Below are positions 29,866-41,820 of a DNA stretch of 64,000 nt, piece after piece. How positions within the stretch are numbered: position 1 is the stretch's first letter; every line of letters starts with the position of its first letter. Under the pieces are notes generated by a model, which saw only the letters and a list, made by a program, of their open reading frames with translations, was not told the origin of the DNA and did no database searches. This DNA is from an uncultured Candidatus Saccharibacteria bacterium. Lineage in GTDB: Bacteria > Patescibacteriota > Minisyncoccia > UBA6257 > HR35. Where the stretch lies: assembly GCA_964655375.1 (NCBI GenBank), contig CAZZNB010000042.1:8564-72563 (forward strand). Direction: 5' to 3'. The translations under genes were made by a program, and so were the position numbers.

Positions 29866-32800
29866 ATGATTTTGCAAAAAAAATTTTTCTCTAAATTCAA
29901 AATAGACTATCCTGAAGATCTTTTAGAATATCAAAAAGAAAGTTTTGAGAATTTTATCAATAAGGGCCTGAAAAAGGTTTTTTTGGAATATTTCCCAATA
30001 TTTGATTATTCTGAAAAAGAACTTAGGCTAGATTTTGTAGACTGTTATTTAGGAAAGCCAAAATATTCAGAAGAAGAATGCAAAGAAAAAGGATGGACAT
30101 ACTCTGCTCCATTAAGGGGGAAATTGAGATTAACAAATCTAATAAATAATGAATCATCTGAACAAGATGTTTATTTAGGTGAGATTCCTATCTTAACAGA
30201 TAGATGCACATTTATAATAAATGGAAATGAAAGAATTATCGTAAGTCAACTTTTGAGATCCCCAGGTGTTTATTTTACAGCTATTCCATATGGTGAAAGA
30301 AAATTGTTTGGGGCTAAAATAATTCCTTTTAGAGGAGCCTGGTTAGAATTTCAAGTAGAACCTAGTAATATATTACAAGTTAAGATAGATAGAAGGAAAA
30401 AAGTATACGCTACTATATTATTAAAAGCCTTCGGGATCTCTTTAGAAGAAATAAAAGATCAGTTTAAAGAACTAGATGAAGGAGTAAATATAATAAGAGA
30501 TACTTTAAAAAAAGATGATACTGAAGATACCGAAGATGCTTTACTCTATATCCACTTAAAACTTAGAAGTTTTGAGCCTAATACTTATGATAATGCACTG
30601 CTGTTATTTGAAAATATGTTTAGAAGGGCTGATAGATATTCTTTGTCTGAGGTTGGAAGATACCATATAAATAGAAGACTTAATTTGAGTTTAAATTCTC
30701 TTTTTATAGAAAAAGATGATCTTATAGAAATAGTTAAAGAAATATTAAGATTACAGAAAAATCCAAAAGCAGAACCAGACGATATAGATGCATTATGGAA
30801 TAGAAGAGTTAAAGGGATAGGAGAACTTTTAGAAAACCAAACAAGGATAGGGCTTATAAGAATGGTAAAAGCTATTAAAGATAAAATGGCTGTTTTAGAT
30901 AAGACACAAAAGCTTGTTCCTGGGCAGGTAATTTATTCTAAGGTGTTTTCTAATGCCATAAACGAATTTTTTAATACTTCTCCTCTTTCTCAGATTGCTA
31001 CACAAATAAATATATTAGCAGAACTAGAACATAAAAGAAGATTAACAGCAAGCGGTCCTGGAGGTTTAACAAAAGAAAGAGCAGGTTTTGATGTAAGAGA
31101 TGTCCATCCAAGTCATTATGGGAGAATATGCCCTGTTCAAACTCCTGAAGGACAAAATATTGGCCTTATAACTTATAGAGCTCTTTATTCCAAAATCAAT
31201 GAATTCGGATTTTTAATAACCCCTTATTATAAAGTCAAAGAAGGAAAAGTTAATAGAAAAGAAATAATTTATCTCTCTTCATTAGAAGAAAAAAATTTCA
31301 AAATTGCAAGTGGCACAACAAGTCTTAATGAAAATGACGAAATAATTGATGAATATGTAGAAGGTAGGGTAAATGGAGAACCTACTTTGATCCATAAAGA
31401 TGAAGTTGAATTAATAGATGTTTCGCCTATACAGCCATTTTCAGTAGCTACAAATTTAATACCATTTTTAGTTCATGATGATGCAAATAGATCACAAATG
31501 GGCTCTAATATGCAAAAACAAGCTGTTCCTTTGATTAAGCCAGAAATCCCTATAATTAGCACAGGTTTAGAAGAAATAGTTGCAAAAAATAGCGGGTATT
31601 TAATTTTAGCAGAAGATGATGGAGAAGTGTTAGAAGTTGATGGTTCGCATCTTACAGTAGTTTATTATAGAAAAGGTGGTAAAAAAGAAAAGAAAACCTA
31701 TATTCTTAAGAAATATCAAAGAACTAATGATTTTACTTGTATAAATCAAAAACCTATTGTAGAAAAGGGACAAAAATTTAAAAAAGGTGATGTTTTAGTA
31801 GATGGCCCTAGTATGAAAAATGGGATTCTTGCTTTAGGAGCAAATCTTTTAGTAGCATTTTTAAGTTTTAGAGGATACAATTTTGAAGATGCTATAGTAG
31901 TTTCAGAAAGATTATTAAAAGAAGATACTTTTACTTCTATTTCTATTGAGGAGTTTTCTATAGATGTAAGAGATACAAAATTAGGCATGGAGGAGGTTAC
32001 TAATGATATACCTGGTGTTCCTGAAGCGAAGTTAAGAAATTTGGATGAGGAAGGAATAATAAGAATTGGAGCTAGAGTAAGACCGGGCGATATACTTGTT
32101 GGTAAAATAACACCCAAAAAAGAAGTAGAATTAACTCCAGAAGAAAAATTATTAAAGGCAATATTTGGTGAAAAAGTTGAAGAAGTGAAAGATTCATCTT
32201 TGTATTTAGAACCAGGTAAATCAGGAAGAGTTATAAGGGTAAAAGTTTTAGAAAGAAATAGAGGAGAAATATCTGAGCCTGGGGTTATTAAAAGAATCTC
32301 TGTTGAAGTAGCTAAACTTAAAAGACTTCAAATAGGAGATAAATTAGCAAATAGACATGGTAATAAAGGCGTAATCTCGGTAATTTTACCAGAAGAAGAC
32401 ATGCCATTTTTGAAAGATGGTAGACCCGTAGATATAATTTTATCACCATTAGGTGTTGTATCTAGAATGAACTTAGGTCAAATTTTAGAACTGCATTTAG
32501 GATATGCTGCTAAAGTTTTAGGATATAGAGCAATAGTACCATCAATTTCAAAAGTTGGCGAAGAAGAAATAAGAGAAGAACTTAAAAAAGCAGGATTACC
32601 AGAAGATGGGAAAGTAGAATTATATGATGGAAGAACCGGTGAGAAATTTAAAGATAGAATAAGTGTAGGAGTAATGTATATAATGAAATTAATTCATATG
32701 GCGGAAGATAAAATTCACGCAAGATCAATTGGTCCATATTCATTAATAACTCAACAACCATTAGGAGGTAAAGCACAATTTGGCGGACAAAGATTAGGAG

Positions 32801-33108
32801 AAATGGAAGTATGGGCTTTAGAAGCATATTCTGCAGTCAATAATTTACAAGAAATGTTAACTATAAAATCAGATGATGTTTATGGAAGAGGCAAGGCGTA
32901 TACAAGCATTATAAAAGGAGAACCCATACAGACACCTGCTATTCCATCTTCATTTAATCTTTTAATAAAAGAATTAAATGGTTTAGGATTTTCTATTGAT
33001 GTCAAAAAAGAAGAAATGCCTCCTAAAAAGGAAGAAATACCAAAAGTTGAGACTGAAAAAGAAAAACTACCTGAAGCAGGCGCAGAAGTAAAAGAAGAGA
33101 TTAAATAA
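29866..33108 (+). CDS. rpoB: DNA-directed RNA polymerase beta subunit
   Basis: 1080 aa with conserved RpoB blocks, for example [18 protein letters not shown] and [16 protein letters not shown]. Confidence 0.97.
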   Translation: MILQKKFFSKFKIDYPEDLLEYQKESFENFINKGLKKVFLEYFPIFDYSEKELRLDFVDCYLGKPKYSEEECKEKGWTYSAPLRGKLRLTNLINNESSEQDVYLGEIPILTDRCTFIINGNERIIVSQLLRSPGVYFTAIPYGERKLFGAKIIPFRGAWLEFQVEPSNILQVKIDRRKKVYATILLKAFGISLEEIKDQFKELDEGVNIIRDTLKKDDTEDTEDALLYIHLKLRSFEPNTYDNALLLFENMFRRADRYSLSEVGRYHINRRLNLSLNSLFIEKDDLIEIVKEILRLQKNPKAEPDDIDALWNRRVKGIGELLENQTRIGLIRMVKAIKDKMAVLDKTQKLVPGQVIYSKVFSNAINEFFNTSPLSQIATQINILAELEHKRRLTASGPGGLTKERAGFDVRDVHPSHYGRICPVQTPEGQNIGLITYRALYSKINEFGFLITPYYKVKEGKVNRKEIIYLSSLEEKNFKIASGTTSLNENDEIIDEYVEGRVNGEPTLIHKDEVELIDVSPIQPFSVATNLIPFLVHDDANRSQMGSNMQKQAVPLIKPEIPIISTGLEEIVAKNSGYLILAEDDGEVLEVDGSHLTVVYYRKGGKKEKKTYILKKYQRTNDFTCINQKPIVEKGQKFKKGDVLVDGPSMKNGILALGANLLVAFLSFRGYNFEDAIVVSERLLKEDTFTSISIEEFSIDVRDTKLGMEEVTNDIPGVPEAKLRNLDEEGIIRIGARVRPGDILVGKITPKKEVELTPEEKLLKAIFGEKVEEVKDSSLYLEPGKSGRVIRVKVLERNRGEISEPGVIKRISVEVAKLKRLQIGDKLANRHGNKGVISVILPEEDMPFLKDGRPVDIILSPLGVVSRMNLGQILELHLGYAAKVLGYRAIVPSISKVGEEEIREELKKAGLPEDGKVELYDGRTGEKFKDRISVGVMYIMKLIHMAEDKIHARSIGPYSLITQQPLGGKAQFGGQRLGEMEVWALEAYSAVNNLQEMLTIKSDDVYGRGKAYTSIIKGEPIQTPAIPSSFNLLIKELNGLGFSIDVKKEEMPPKKEEIPKVETEKEKLPEAGAEVKEEIK

Positions 33109-33110
33109 AA

Positions 33111-36100
33111 ATGAGATATATTAAACAAGAAGATATAAAATCAATTTTAATAAAGTTAGCTTCTCCTGAAGAGATTTTAAATTGGTCTCATGGTGAAGTT
33201 ACCAAACCAGAAACAATTAATTACAGAACAGGTAAACCTGATAGAGAAGGATTATTTTCTGAAGTCATCTTCGGTCCTATTAAGGATTTTGAATGTTCTT
33301 GTGGCAAATATAAGGGAATTCAATTTGCTAATTTAAGATGTGATAGATGTGGTGTAGATATAATAAGATCGTCTGCTAGAAGAGAAAGAATGGGGCATAT
33401 AATGCTAGCAACGCCTATTATGCATATTTGGTTTCTAAAAGTTTATCCATACCCAGTTTCTTTACTTTTAGGTATTCCTAACAACCAATTAGAAAGAGTA
33501 GTTTATTTTTCAGCTTATATAATTACAAGAGTAAATGAAGAAGAAAAAAATAAATTATTGCAAAGCATAGAGAAAGAATATAAAGAAAAAATAAAGAAAG
33601 CAGAAAGTAAAAAAGCTAGAGAAGAAATTGAAGAAACTTATAAAAAAATCAAAGAGGAATTAAATATGCTAAAACCCAAAAAAGTATTATCTGATGTTGA
33701 ATATTACACTTTTTCCAGAAAGTATCCTAATATTTTTGAAGTCGATACTGGCGCAGAACCAATTAGAAGATTTTTAGAGGAGCTAGATTTAGAAAAAGAA
33801 GCAAAAGAAACAGAAAGTAAGCTTAAAAAATTGAAGGGAGCAGAAAGAAGGAAACTTTCGTTGAAATTAAAATTTCTTAAGGCTTTTATTAAACATAAAA
33901 TAAGACCAGAATGGATGATATTAACTATTTTACCTGTAATTCCTCCAGACCTTAGGCCAATAGTCCAATTAGAAGGTGGTAAATTAGTTTCTTCAGACCT
34001 GAATGATCTTTATAGAAGAGTTATAAATAGAAACAATAGACTCAAAAAGCTTTATGAAATTAAAGCTCCTGATATTATTATAAGAAATGAAAAAAGGATG
34101 CTTCAAGAAGCAGTTGATGCTTTGTTAGATAATACTTTAAGAAGGGAGAAATTAGTAGTAGCCCAAAGAAAGGTTATGAAATCTTTGGCCGATATGTTAA
34201 GAGGTAAACAAGGAAGATTTAGACAAAATTTATTAGGAAAAAGAGTTGATTATTCTGGAAGAGCAGTAATTGTTATAGGACCTGAACTTAACATTGACGA
34301 ATGTGGATTACCTAAAAAAATGGCCTTGGAGATATTTAAACCTTTTATAATTCGTGAACTTATTAAAAAAGGAATAGCTAATACAATTAAACAGGCAAAT
34401 TATTTAATAGAGTCTGAAGATCCTGAAGCTATTCAAGCATTAGATTCAGTTGTTAAGGATAAATATGTGCTTTTAAATAGAGCACCCACATTACATAGAT
34501 TAGGGATTCAAGCATTTAAACCAATTTTAGTAGAAGGTTTAGCTCTCAGAATTCCAGCATTAGTTTGCACCGCTTATAATGCAGATTTCGATGGTGACCA
34601 AATGGCTGTATTTCTTCCCCTTTCTGAAGAAGCACAAAAAGAGGCTAAAGAAATTATGCTTGCATCTAAAAATCATTTAAAGCCAGGAACAGGAGAAGCG
34701 ATAACAAATCCGACAAAGGATATAGTTTTAGGATTATACTATTTAACACAAATAATAAAAGGTAAAAAAGGAGAAGGCAAAAAAGTTTATGATGAAGTTG
34801 AGGCTAAGTTATTATATGAATATGGTGAAATTGACCTAAATGCAGAAATAATTGTTAAAACATGTAAAAATGAAGAGAATGTTAAAACTTCTGTTGGTAG
34901 AATAATATTTAATGAAGCTCTACCTTCAGATTTTCATTATGTTAATAAAACTATTGATAAAAAAACAATAGTAAAACTTATAGATGAAATTTATTCTAAA
35001 TACGGAGCAGAAGAACTTTCTTATATTCTTAATAAAATAAAAGATTTGGGATTCGAATACGCCACACTTTCAGGAATTTCATGGGCTTATTCAGACCTTG
35101 TTATTCCAGAAGAAAAAGAAAAAATTATAGAAGAAACTCGAAAAAAAGAAATGGAAATTAAAAAGACTTATGAAGCGGGTTTATTAAGCGATGAAGAAAA
35201 GAAAATGTTAATTATAGATTTATGGTTAAAAGCTACTTCAGAAATTAATAACTTATTAAAGAAAACCTTAAATGAAGAAAATGGTCCAAGGAGAATGATA
35301 GATTCTGGAGCAAGAGGTTCCTATACTCAATTAGGACAAATGTGTGGAATAAAAGGATTGGTTGAAAATCCAAAAGGAGAAACTATAGATCTTCCTATAT
35401 TGAGTTCATACAAAGAAGGTCTATCCTCATTGGAATACTTCATAAGTACCCATGGAGCAAGAAAAGGAGCCTCTGATACTGCTTTAAAAACAGCAAAAGC
35501 AGGTTATCTTACAAGAAGAATGGTAGATGTAGCTCACGATATTGTTGTAGTAGATGAAGATTGTAAAGATGAAGAAGGAATAGAAATTACTAGAAAAGAA
35601 GCTGAAGAAGTTGGTGAAGAATTTTCTAAAAGGATATATTCAAGAGTTTCTTTAGAAACCATCAAAGATAGTGAAGGAAATATTCTAATTAATAAAGGAG
35701 AATATATTACTAAAGAAATAGCTAAAAAGATAGATGAAGCAGGTGTTGAGAAAATAAGAGTAAGGTCACCGTTTACTTGCAAGTCATTATTTGGAGTCTG
35801 CGCAAAATGTTATGGTTTAGATTTAGCTTATGATAAACCGGTAAAAATAGGTGAAAGTGTTGGTATAATTGCTGCCCAATCTATAGGTGAACCTGCTACT
35901 CAACTTACAATGAGAACGTTTCACGTTGGAGGAGTAGCTGGTGCTGCAGATATTACTCAAGGTGTGCCACGAGCAGAAGAATTGTTAGAAGCTAGAAAGC
36001 CCAAAAATGAAAGTGTTTTATCTCCTGTAAATGGAATCGTAGAATCTATTGAAGAAACACCTAAATATTGGAAAGTAGTTATAAGAGGGCCCAGAAGGAA

Positions 36101-36677
36101 GAAAATTACATTACATATACCAAGATCCTTATCGTTGGTAGTTAAGAAAGGTCAAAAAGTTGAAAAAGGTGATCCATTGAATGAAGGAGCTAAAGATCCT
36201 AAATTAGTATATCTATATCAAGGTAAAATTGCTGCATTTAAATATATTATTAATGAACTAAAGAAAGTATATAATTTCCAAGGAGCCGAGATTCATGATA
36301 AACATATAGAAATAATAATTAGAAAAATGTTCTCAAGAGTTAAAATTAAAGAAGTTGGAGATAGTAATTTTATTTATGATGATATAGTTGAAAAAGATAT
36401 TCTAATATTTACTAATAGAAAATTAAAAGAACAAAATAAAAAACCTGCTAAAGGTATTTTGTTACTTTTAGGAATAACAAAAGTCGCTCTTACTACTCAT
36501 AGCTTTTTATCTGCAGCATCTTTTCAAGAGACTGCAAGAGTTCTTACAAGAAGTTCTTTAGAATGCAAAGAGGATCCACTTAAAGGATTGAAAGAAAATA
36601 TAATTTTGGGTAGAAAACCATATATAGGAAGCAACTTTAAACATCCATTAAAGATTTTAGAAAATATCAATTTATAA
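33111..36677 (+). CDS. rpoC: DNA-directed RNA polymerase beta' subunit
   Basis: 1188 aa with the zinc motif CSCGKY...C..C, the catalytic [11 protein letters not shown] loop and a trigger loop. Confidence 0.97.
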   Translation: MRYIKQEDIKSILIKLASPEEILNWSHGEVTKPETINYRTGKPDREGLFSEVIFGPIKDFECSCGKYKGIQFANLRCDRCGVDIIRSSARRERMGHIMLATPIMHIWFLKVYPYPVSLLLGIPNNQLERVVYFSAYIITRVNEEEKNKLLQSIEKEYKEKIKKAESKKAREEIEETYKKIKEELNMLKPKKVLSDVEYYTFSRKYPNIFEVDTGAEPIRRFLEELDLEKEAKETESKLKKLKGAERRKLSLKLKFLKAFIKHKIRPEWMILTILPVIPPDLRPIVQLEGGKLVSSDLNDLYRRVINRNNRLKKLYEIKAPDIIIRNEKRMLQEAVDALLDNTLRREKLVVAQRKVMKSLADMLRGKQGRFRQNLLGKRVDYSGRAVIVIGPELNIDECGLPKKMALEIFKPFIIRELIKKGIANTIKQANYLIESEDPEAIQALDSVVKDKYVLLNRAPTLHRLGIQAFKPILVEGLALRIPALVCTAYNADFDGDQMAVFLPLSEEAQKEAKEIMLASKNHLKPGTGEAITNPTKDIVLGLYYLTQIIKGKKGEGKKVYDEVEAKLLYEYGEIDLNAEIIVKTCKNEENVKTSVGRIIFNEALPSDFHYVNKTIDKKTIVKLIDEIYSKYGAEELSYILNKIKDLGFEYATLSGISWAYSDLVIPEEKEKIIEETRKKEMEIKKTYEAGLLSDEEKKMLIIDLWLKATSEINNLLKKTLNEENGPRRMIDSGARGSYTQLGQMCGIKGLVENPKGETIDLPILSSYKEGLSSLEYFISTHGARKGASDTALKTAKAGYLTRRMVDVAHDIVVVDEDCKDEEGIEITRKEAEEVGEEFSKRIYSRVSLETIKDSEGNILINKGEYITKEIAKKIDEAGVEKIRVRSPFTCKSLFGVCAKCYGLDLAYDKPVKIGESVGIIAAQSIGEPATQLTMRTFHVGGVAGAADITQGVPRAEELLEARKPKNESVLSPVNGIVESIEETPKYWKVVIRGPRRKKITLHIPRSLSLVVKKGQKVEKGDPLNEGAKDPKLVYLYQGKIAAFKYIINELKKVYNFQGAEIHDKHIEIIIRKMFSRVKIKEVGDSNFIYDDIVEKDILIFTNRKLKEQNKKPAKGILLLLGITKVALTTHSFLSAASFQETARVLTRSSLECKEDPLKGLKENIILGRKPYIGSNFKHPLKILENINL

Positions 36678-36680
36678 ATA

Positions 36681-36709
36681 TTGACTTTTGATTAAATATG
36701 GATTACAAT
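36681..36709 (+). promoter_or_regulatory. Candidate sigma70-type promoter for tuf
   Basis: TTGACT, a 17-nt spacer, then TACAAT. An AAGGTCG element follows 13 nt downstream. Confidence 0.5.
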
Positions 36710-36749
36710 TTTACAATAATTTAAGGTCGCAATAAAAATATATCTAAAA

Positions 36750-37949
36750 ATGGCAGCAGCAAAATTTGAAAGAACAAAACCCCATATAAATGTAGGTACA
36801 ATAGGACACATTGATCATGGGAAAACTACATTGACGGCAGCTATTCAACATGTATTAAAGTTAAAAGGTCTTATAGAAAAAGCAGAAACAGTAGAAGAGA
36901 TAGATAATGCTCCAGAAGAAAAAACAAGAGGTATTACAATAAATATTCATCATTCTGAATACGAAACAGAAAAAAGACACTATGCTCATATTGATTGCCC
37001 TGGACATGCTGATTATGTAAAAAATATGATAATTGGCGCTGCTCAAATGGATGGCGCAATTTTAGTTGTAGCTGCTAATGATGGTGTTATGGCACAGACA
37101 AGAGAACATATTCTTTTAGCAAGACAAGTAAATGTACCTGCAATGATTGTTTTTATCAATAAAATAGATGCAGTCCCTGATAAGGAACTTATAGAATTAG
37201 TAGAAGAAGATGTTAGAAATGAACTAAAAAAATATGGATATCCTGGAGATGAAATTCCAGTTATAAAAGGATCCGCCTTAAAAGCTTTAGAAGCTAAAAG
37301 CTTAGAAGATGAATGGACAAAACCCATTTTAGAATTATTAGATGCTTTAGACAATTATATTCCTGAACCCATAAGAGATGTAGATAAACCATTTTTAATG
37401 CCTATCGAAGATGTATTCTCTATACAAGGTAGAGGTACAGTAGTTACAGGAAGAGTAGAAAGAGGAATATTGAAGTTAAATGAAGAAGTAGAAATTGTGG
37501 GCTTAAGAGAAAAACCAATAAAAACTACAGTAACAGGAATTCAAATGTTTCATAAAGATTTAGATGAAGCTCATCCAGGTGATAATGTTGGTCTTCTTTT
37601 AAGAGGAATAGCGAAAGAAGAAGTAGAAAGAGGTATGGTTGTAGCAAAGCCAGGGACTATTACACCTCATATAGAATTTGAAGCAGAGGTTTATGTGTTA
37701 ACTCCAGAAGAAGGAGGAAGACATACACCATTTCATACAGGATATAAACCTCAATTTTACTTCAGAACAACAGATGTGACAGGCGAAATATTTTTACCAG
37801 AAGGAATCGAAGCAGTTATGCCAGGAGATAATGCTACATTTAAGGTGAAATTGATTTATCCTATTGCTTTAGAAGAAGGATTAAGATTCGCTATTAGAGA
37901 AGGAGGTAAAACAGTAGGAGCAGGTGTAGTAACAAAAGTAATCAAATGA
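36750..37949 (+). CDS. tuf: Elongation factor Tu
   Basis: [32 protein letters not shown]; 399 aa. Confidence 0.97.
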   Translation: MAAAKFERTKPHINVGTIGHIDHGKTTLTAAIQHVLKLKGLIEKAETVEEIDNAPEEKTRGITINIHHSEYETEKRHYAHIDCPGHADYVKNMIIGAAQMDGAILVVAANDGVMAQTREHILLARQVNVPAMIVFINKIDAVPDKELIELVEEDVRNELKKYGYPGDEIPVIKGSALKALEAKSLEDEWTKPILELLDALDNYIPEPIRDVDKPFLMPIEDVFSIQGRGTVVTGRVERGILKLNEEVEIVGLREKPIKTTVTGIQMFHKDLDEAHPGDNVGLLLRGIAKEEVERGMVVAKPGTITPHIEFEAEVYVLTPEEGGRHTPFHTGYKPQFYFRTTDVTGEIFLPEGIEAVMPGDNATFKVKLIYPIALEEGLRFAIREGGKTVGAGVVTKVIK

Positions 37950-37964
37950 CAATAAGTTAATTTT

Positions 37965-38303
37965 TTGCACACAAAAATGTCCACTAAACAAAAAATAGAG
38001 CAGAGATTAAGAATAAGATTGAAATCTTACGATCATAGATTGATAGATAAATATGCAAAACAATTAGTAGATATGCTTTTGAAAGAAGGTATGCAAATAA
38101 AGGGACCTATTCCTTTACCTACAGAAATTAAACGTTTTACTGTTAATAGATCTCCTTTTATTTATAAAGATTCTCGAGAGCAATTTGAGTTAAGGATCCA
38201 TAAAAGATTAATAGATATTTTGAATCCTACTCCTAGAATAATTGAACTTTTTTCTTATTTAGATTTACCAGCAGGTGTTGAAATTGAACTAAAAATGATT
38301 TAA
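37965..38303 (+). CDS. rpsJ: Ribosomal protein S10
   Basis: QKIRIRLKSYDHRLID; the start is probably the MSTKQK methionine. Confidence 0.9.
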   Translation: MHTKMSTKQKIEQRLRIRLKSYDHRLIDKYAKQLVDMLLKEGMQIKGPIPLPTEIKRFTVNRSPFIYKDSREQFELRIHKRLIDILNPTPRIIELFSYLDLPAGVEIELKMI

Positions 38304-38355
38304 AATTTATTTCGATCTATTCCTTAAAATTAATATTTTTTTAATTTTTCCATTT

Positions 38356-38997
38356 ATGTACAAATTTATTTTAGGCAAAAAAATTGGTATGACAACTATT
38401 TTTAAAGATAATAAGGCATATCCTGTAACTTTAATAAGTGTTAACCCTTGTGTAGTAACTAATATTTTGACAAAAGAGAAAAATAAATACTCTGCAGTAC
38501 AATTAGGGTGTGGTGAAAAGAAGAAAATTCCTAAACCTGTTTTAGGCCAAGTACATAACCTTGGTAAATTTGCTGTTATTAAAGAATTTAGAGTTCCTGA
38601 GGATCCTAAAAACTTTAAAATCGGTGATATTATTGATATCAATATTTTTAAAGAAGGCGAAGAAGTAAATGTTACTTCTATAAGCAAAGGTAAGGGTTTT
38701 TTAGGTGTTGTAGCAAGGTGGGGTTTTAGAGATGCTCCAAGAACACATGGTCAAACTACAAAATATAGACACCCAGGATCTATCGGTGCTACTACTCCTC
38801 AAAGAGTAATTAAGGGTTTGAAAATGGCAGGTAAAGAAGGGAACAAAAGAGTAACAGTAAAAAATTTAGAAATAGTTGCTATAGATAAAGAGAATAATTT
38901 AATAGCTTTAAAAGGAAGTGTTCCAGGAAGAAGAGGTACAATTGTAGAGATTAGAAGCGCAAATTTAACAAATAAAGGTAAATTAATTAACAAATAA
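38356..38997 (+). CDS. rplC: Ribosomal protein L3
   Basis: ILGKKIGMTTIF; 213 aa. Confidence 0.9.
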   Translation: MYKFILGKKIGMTTIFKDNKAYPVTLISVNPCVVTNILTKEKNKYSAVQLGCGEKKKIPKPVLGQVHNLGKFAVIKEFRVPEDPKNFKIGDIIDINIFKEGEEVNVTSISKGKGFLGVVARWGFRDAPRTHGQTTKYRHPGSIGATTPQRVIKGLKMAGKEGNKRVTVKNLEIVAIDKENNLIALKGSVPGRRGTIVEIRSANLTNKGKLINK

Positions 38998-39003
38998 ACA
39001 TCC

Positions 39004-39651
39004 ATGAAACTACCTTTGTATAATCAAAAAAACGAGATTATCGGAGAAATTGAAATTCCAGAAATTTTAGAAAAGATAGAAGTAAATATTCCTTTAATCC
39101 ATCAAGTAATGCGATGGCAAATTTTAAATTCTTATTATCCTTATGCTCATACAAAAACCCGTGCAGAAGTAAGAGGAGGAGGTAGAAAGCCTTGGCCGCA
39201 AAAGCATACTGGAAGAGCAAGACATGGCTCTATTAGATCACCTATTTGGAAAGGTGGAGGGGTTACTTTTGGCCCTAGAAAAGAAAAAATAAGAGCTATA
39301 AAAATTAATAAAAAAATGAAAAGAAAAGCTATATTAATGGTATTAGCTGAAAAAATCAGAAAAAACTATGCTAGATTTTTAGAAAGTTTAAAACCTGAAG
39401 AATATAAAACTAAATTTGTTCATAAAATGCTTATAAATTTTTTGTCACCTAGAAAAACAAAAAAGAAATATGAATCAGCACTTTTAATCTTACCCGAAAA
39501 CGATAAAATGCTTATAAAATCAGTTAGGAATTTACCTTATGCTAATGCTATCGAAGCAAGAAATTTAAACATTCTTTCTTTATTAAATCATAAATATATT
39601 TTTTTAGAACCTAAAAGCTTAGAGGTAATTGTTAAAAATTTTGCAAAATAA
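39004..39651 (+). CDS. rplD: Ribosomal protein L4
   Basis: RGGGRKPWPQKHTGRARHGSIRSPIWKGGGV. Confidence 0.9.
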   Translation: MKLPLYNQKNEIIGEIEIPEILEKIEVNIPLIHQVMRWQILNSYYPYAHTKTRAEVRGGGRKPWPQKHTGRARHGSIRSPIWKGGGVTFGPRKEKIRAIKINKKMKRKAILMVLAEKIRKNYARFLESLKPEEYKTKFVHKMLINFLSPRKTKKKYESALLILPENDKMLIKSVRNLPYANAIEARNLNILSLLNHKYIFLEPKSLEVIVKNFAK

Positions 39652-40004
39652 TGGCTATATTTGATAAAAAATCAAAAAGAACAAAAGAAGAGCAAAAAGA
39701 AGTTGAAAAAAAACTACAAATGAACGAAAAAAATGTTGAAATAATACCTATTATTTCTGAAAAAAGCAAAAAATTAATAGAAAAAGACAACATATATGTA
39801 TTTAAAATAAAACCTAAAAATCTAAATAAAACTGAAATTAAGAAGTATATCGAAAAAAAATTTAATGTAAAAGTAGAAAAAGTAAGAACAGTTAATTATC
39901 CGAAAAGAAAAAGAGGTAGAACAAGAATACCTTCTGTAAGACCCGCTTTTAAAAAAGCATATGTTAAACTTAAAAAAGAATATAAAATTCCTATTTTTGA
40001 ATAA
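39651..40004 (+). CDS. rplW: Ribosomal protein L23
   Basis: Size, basic composition and position after rplD. Confidence 0.75.
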   Translation: MAIFDKKSKRTKEEQKEVEKKLQMNEKNVEIIPIISEKSKKLIEKDNIYVFKIKPKNLNKTEIKKYIEKKFNVKVEKVRTVNYPKRKRGRTRIPSVRPAFKKAYVKLKKEYKIPIFE

Positions 40005-40041
40005 TTTTTAATTCTATAAAGTCTTTTATTATAATCTTTAT

Positions 40042-40314
40042 ATGAAAAAAGTTATCAAAAGAAAAGGTTATGAAGAAGAATTTAACCCAGAGAAAATTAA
40101 AATTGCTTTAGAAAAAGCATCTAGAGATGCAGGAGAAACCCAAATTTTTAGGATTGTTGAAGATGTAAGTAGAATAGCTTTAGAATTTTGCGAAGATAAA
40201 GAAATTATAGACTCTCAAGATATTAGAGAAGTAATATTAAGCTATCTTCAGGATAAATATCCAAAAGTATATCAAGCATGGATAGATTACGATAAAAATA
40301 TTAAAAATAAGTAA
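40042..40314 (+). CDS. Stand-alone ATP-cone domain protein
   Basis: VIKRKGYEEEFNPEKIKIALEKA...YPKVYQAWIDY matches the ATP-cone pattern of NrdR and RNR N-terminal domains; 90 aa. Confidence 0.65.
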   Translation: MKKVIKRKGYEEEFNPEKIKIALEKASRDAGETQIFRIVEDVSRIALEFCEDKEIIDSQDIREVILSYLQDKYPKVYQAWIDYDKNIKNK

Positions 40315-40316
40315 AA

Positions 40317-41819
40317 ATGGAAGTTTTACCTTTAGGAAAAGCCTATTTTAGAGATAGAACAATCAATTTTGGCATAAAAAAAGAAGATAGAAGAAGACAT
40401 ATTTATATTTTAGGAAAAACAGGAAGTGGGAAAACTACCCTTATAGAAAATATGATTTTCTATGATGTAAATACTAATCAAGGGATAGGCTATCTTGATC
40501 CTCATGGCGATAGTATTTTAAGAGTTTTGAAATTTATACCAAGACAAAGATTAGAAGATGTAATTTATTTTGATCCATCTGATATTGAATATCCTATAGG
40601 TTTTAATCCTTTAGAAAATGTAGATTTTGAACAGAGACATATAGTAGCTTCTAGTATTTTATCTGTGTTTAAAAAAATATGGGTAGATGCTTGGTCTGCA
40701 AGAATGGAATATATTTTAATGAATACTTTATTAGCTTTGTTAGAATTTCCTGGAACAACATTGCTAGATATTAATCGAATGTTAGGAGATGATCGATTTA
40801 GGAAAACTGTTTTAGATAATTTAAGAGATCCGGTTGTAAAAGCATTTTGGGAAAAAGAATTTGCAAGATACCATACTTCTTTTAGAGTAGAAGCTATAGC
40901 ACCAATTCAAAATAAAGTAGGTCAATTTATTGCTAGTCCCTTAATAAGAAATATAATAGGACAAGAAAAAAGCTCTTTCGATTTGAGAGAAATAATGGAT
41001 CAAGGAAAAATATTTTTAGCTAATCTTTCAAAGGGAAAACTTGGCGAAGAAAATTCAATGCTTTTAGGAGGCCTTTTAATTACAAAATTCCAGCTTGCTG
41101 CAATGAGTAGAGTTGATATCCCCGAAGATGAAAGAAGAGATTTTTATTTATATATAGATGAATTCCAAAATTTTGCTACAGAATCTTTTGTTAATATTTT
41201 ATCTGAAGCTAGAAAATATAGACTAAATTTAATTTTATCTCATCAATATTTAGACCAAGTTCCAGAATCTATTCTAAAAGCAGTTTTTGGTAATGTAGGT
41301 AATTTATTAATTTTTAAATGTGGAAGCTTAGATGCAGAAAGATTCGAAAAAGAGTTTGTAGACATAAAATCTTATGAATTTATAAATTTGCCCAAATTTC
41401 ATATTTATGCAAAAATTATTGTTGATGGAACTCCTACACCTCCATTTTTAGCTACTACTTTTCCTCCTAAAGAAATTCCTGAGATTTCTTATGAAGAAGA
41501 AATTATTAGGCTTTCAAGGATAAAATATGCTAAAAATAGAAGATTAGTAGAAAACAAAATATTTAAAAAATATAAAGAAACAGCTACTTCAGAAGATCAA
41601 GAATTAGCAGAATGTAAATATTGTGGAGAAATGTTTTGGAAAGATAAAAATGCAGATATAGAAATATGTTATGAATGTCAAGAAAAATATAAAAAAGGTG
41701 TAAAACTTTCTGAAATAACTTCTAAAAATTTAGGTGTATCTTTTAAACCAATGAACCCCCGTAAAGAAAAAGAGACAGATATTTTGGAAGATTTATTAAA
41801 AAAATTAAAATCAGAATAA
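40317..41819 (+). CDS. P-loop ATPase of the FtsK/HerA/TraD (VirD4-type coupling protein-like) superfamily, with no TM and a C-terminal CxxC...CxxC zinc ribbon
   Basis: Walker A ILGKTGSGKTTLI at residue 33, then YLDPHGD, Walker B YLYIDEFQNFA and ARKYRLNLILSHQYLDQ. C-terminal CKYCGE...CYEC. Confidence 0.6.
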   Translation: MEVLPLGKAYFRDRTINFGIKKEDRRRHIYILGKTGSGKTTLIENMIFYDVNTNQGIGYLDPHGDSILRVLKFIPRQRLEDVIYFDPSDIEYPIGFNPLENVDFEQRHIVASSILSVFKKIWVDAWSARMEYILMNTLLALLEFPGTTLLDINRMLGDDRFRKTVLDNLRDPVVKAFWEKEFARYHTSFRVEAIAPIQNKVGQFIASPLIRNIIGQEKSSFDLREIMDQGKIFLANLSKGKLGEENSMLLGGLLITKFQLAAMSRVDIPEDERRDFYLYIDEFQNFATESFVNILSEARKYRLNLILSHQYLDQVPESILKAVFGNVGNLLIFKCGSLDAERFEKEFVDIKSYEFINLPKFHIYAKIIVDGTPTPPFLATTFPPKEIPEISYEEEIIRLSRIKYAKNRRLVENKIFKKYKETATSEDQELAECKYCGEMFWKDKNADIEICYECQEKYKKGVKLSEITSKNLGVSFKPMNPRKEKETDILEDLLKKLKSE

Positions 41820-41820
41820 A

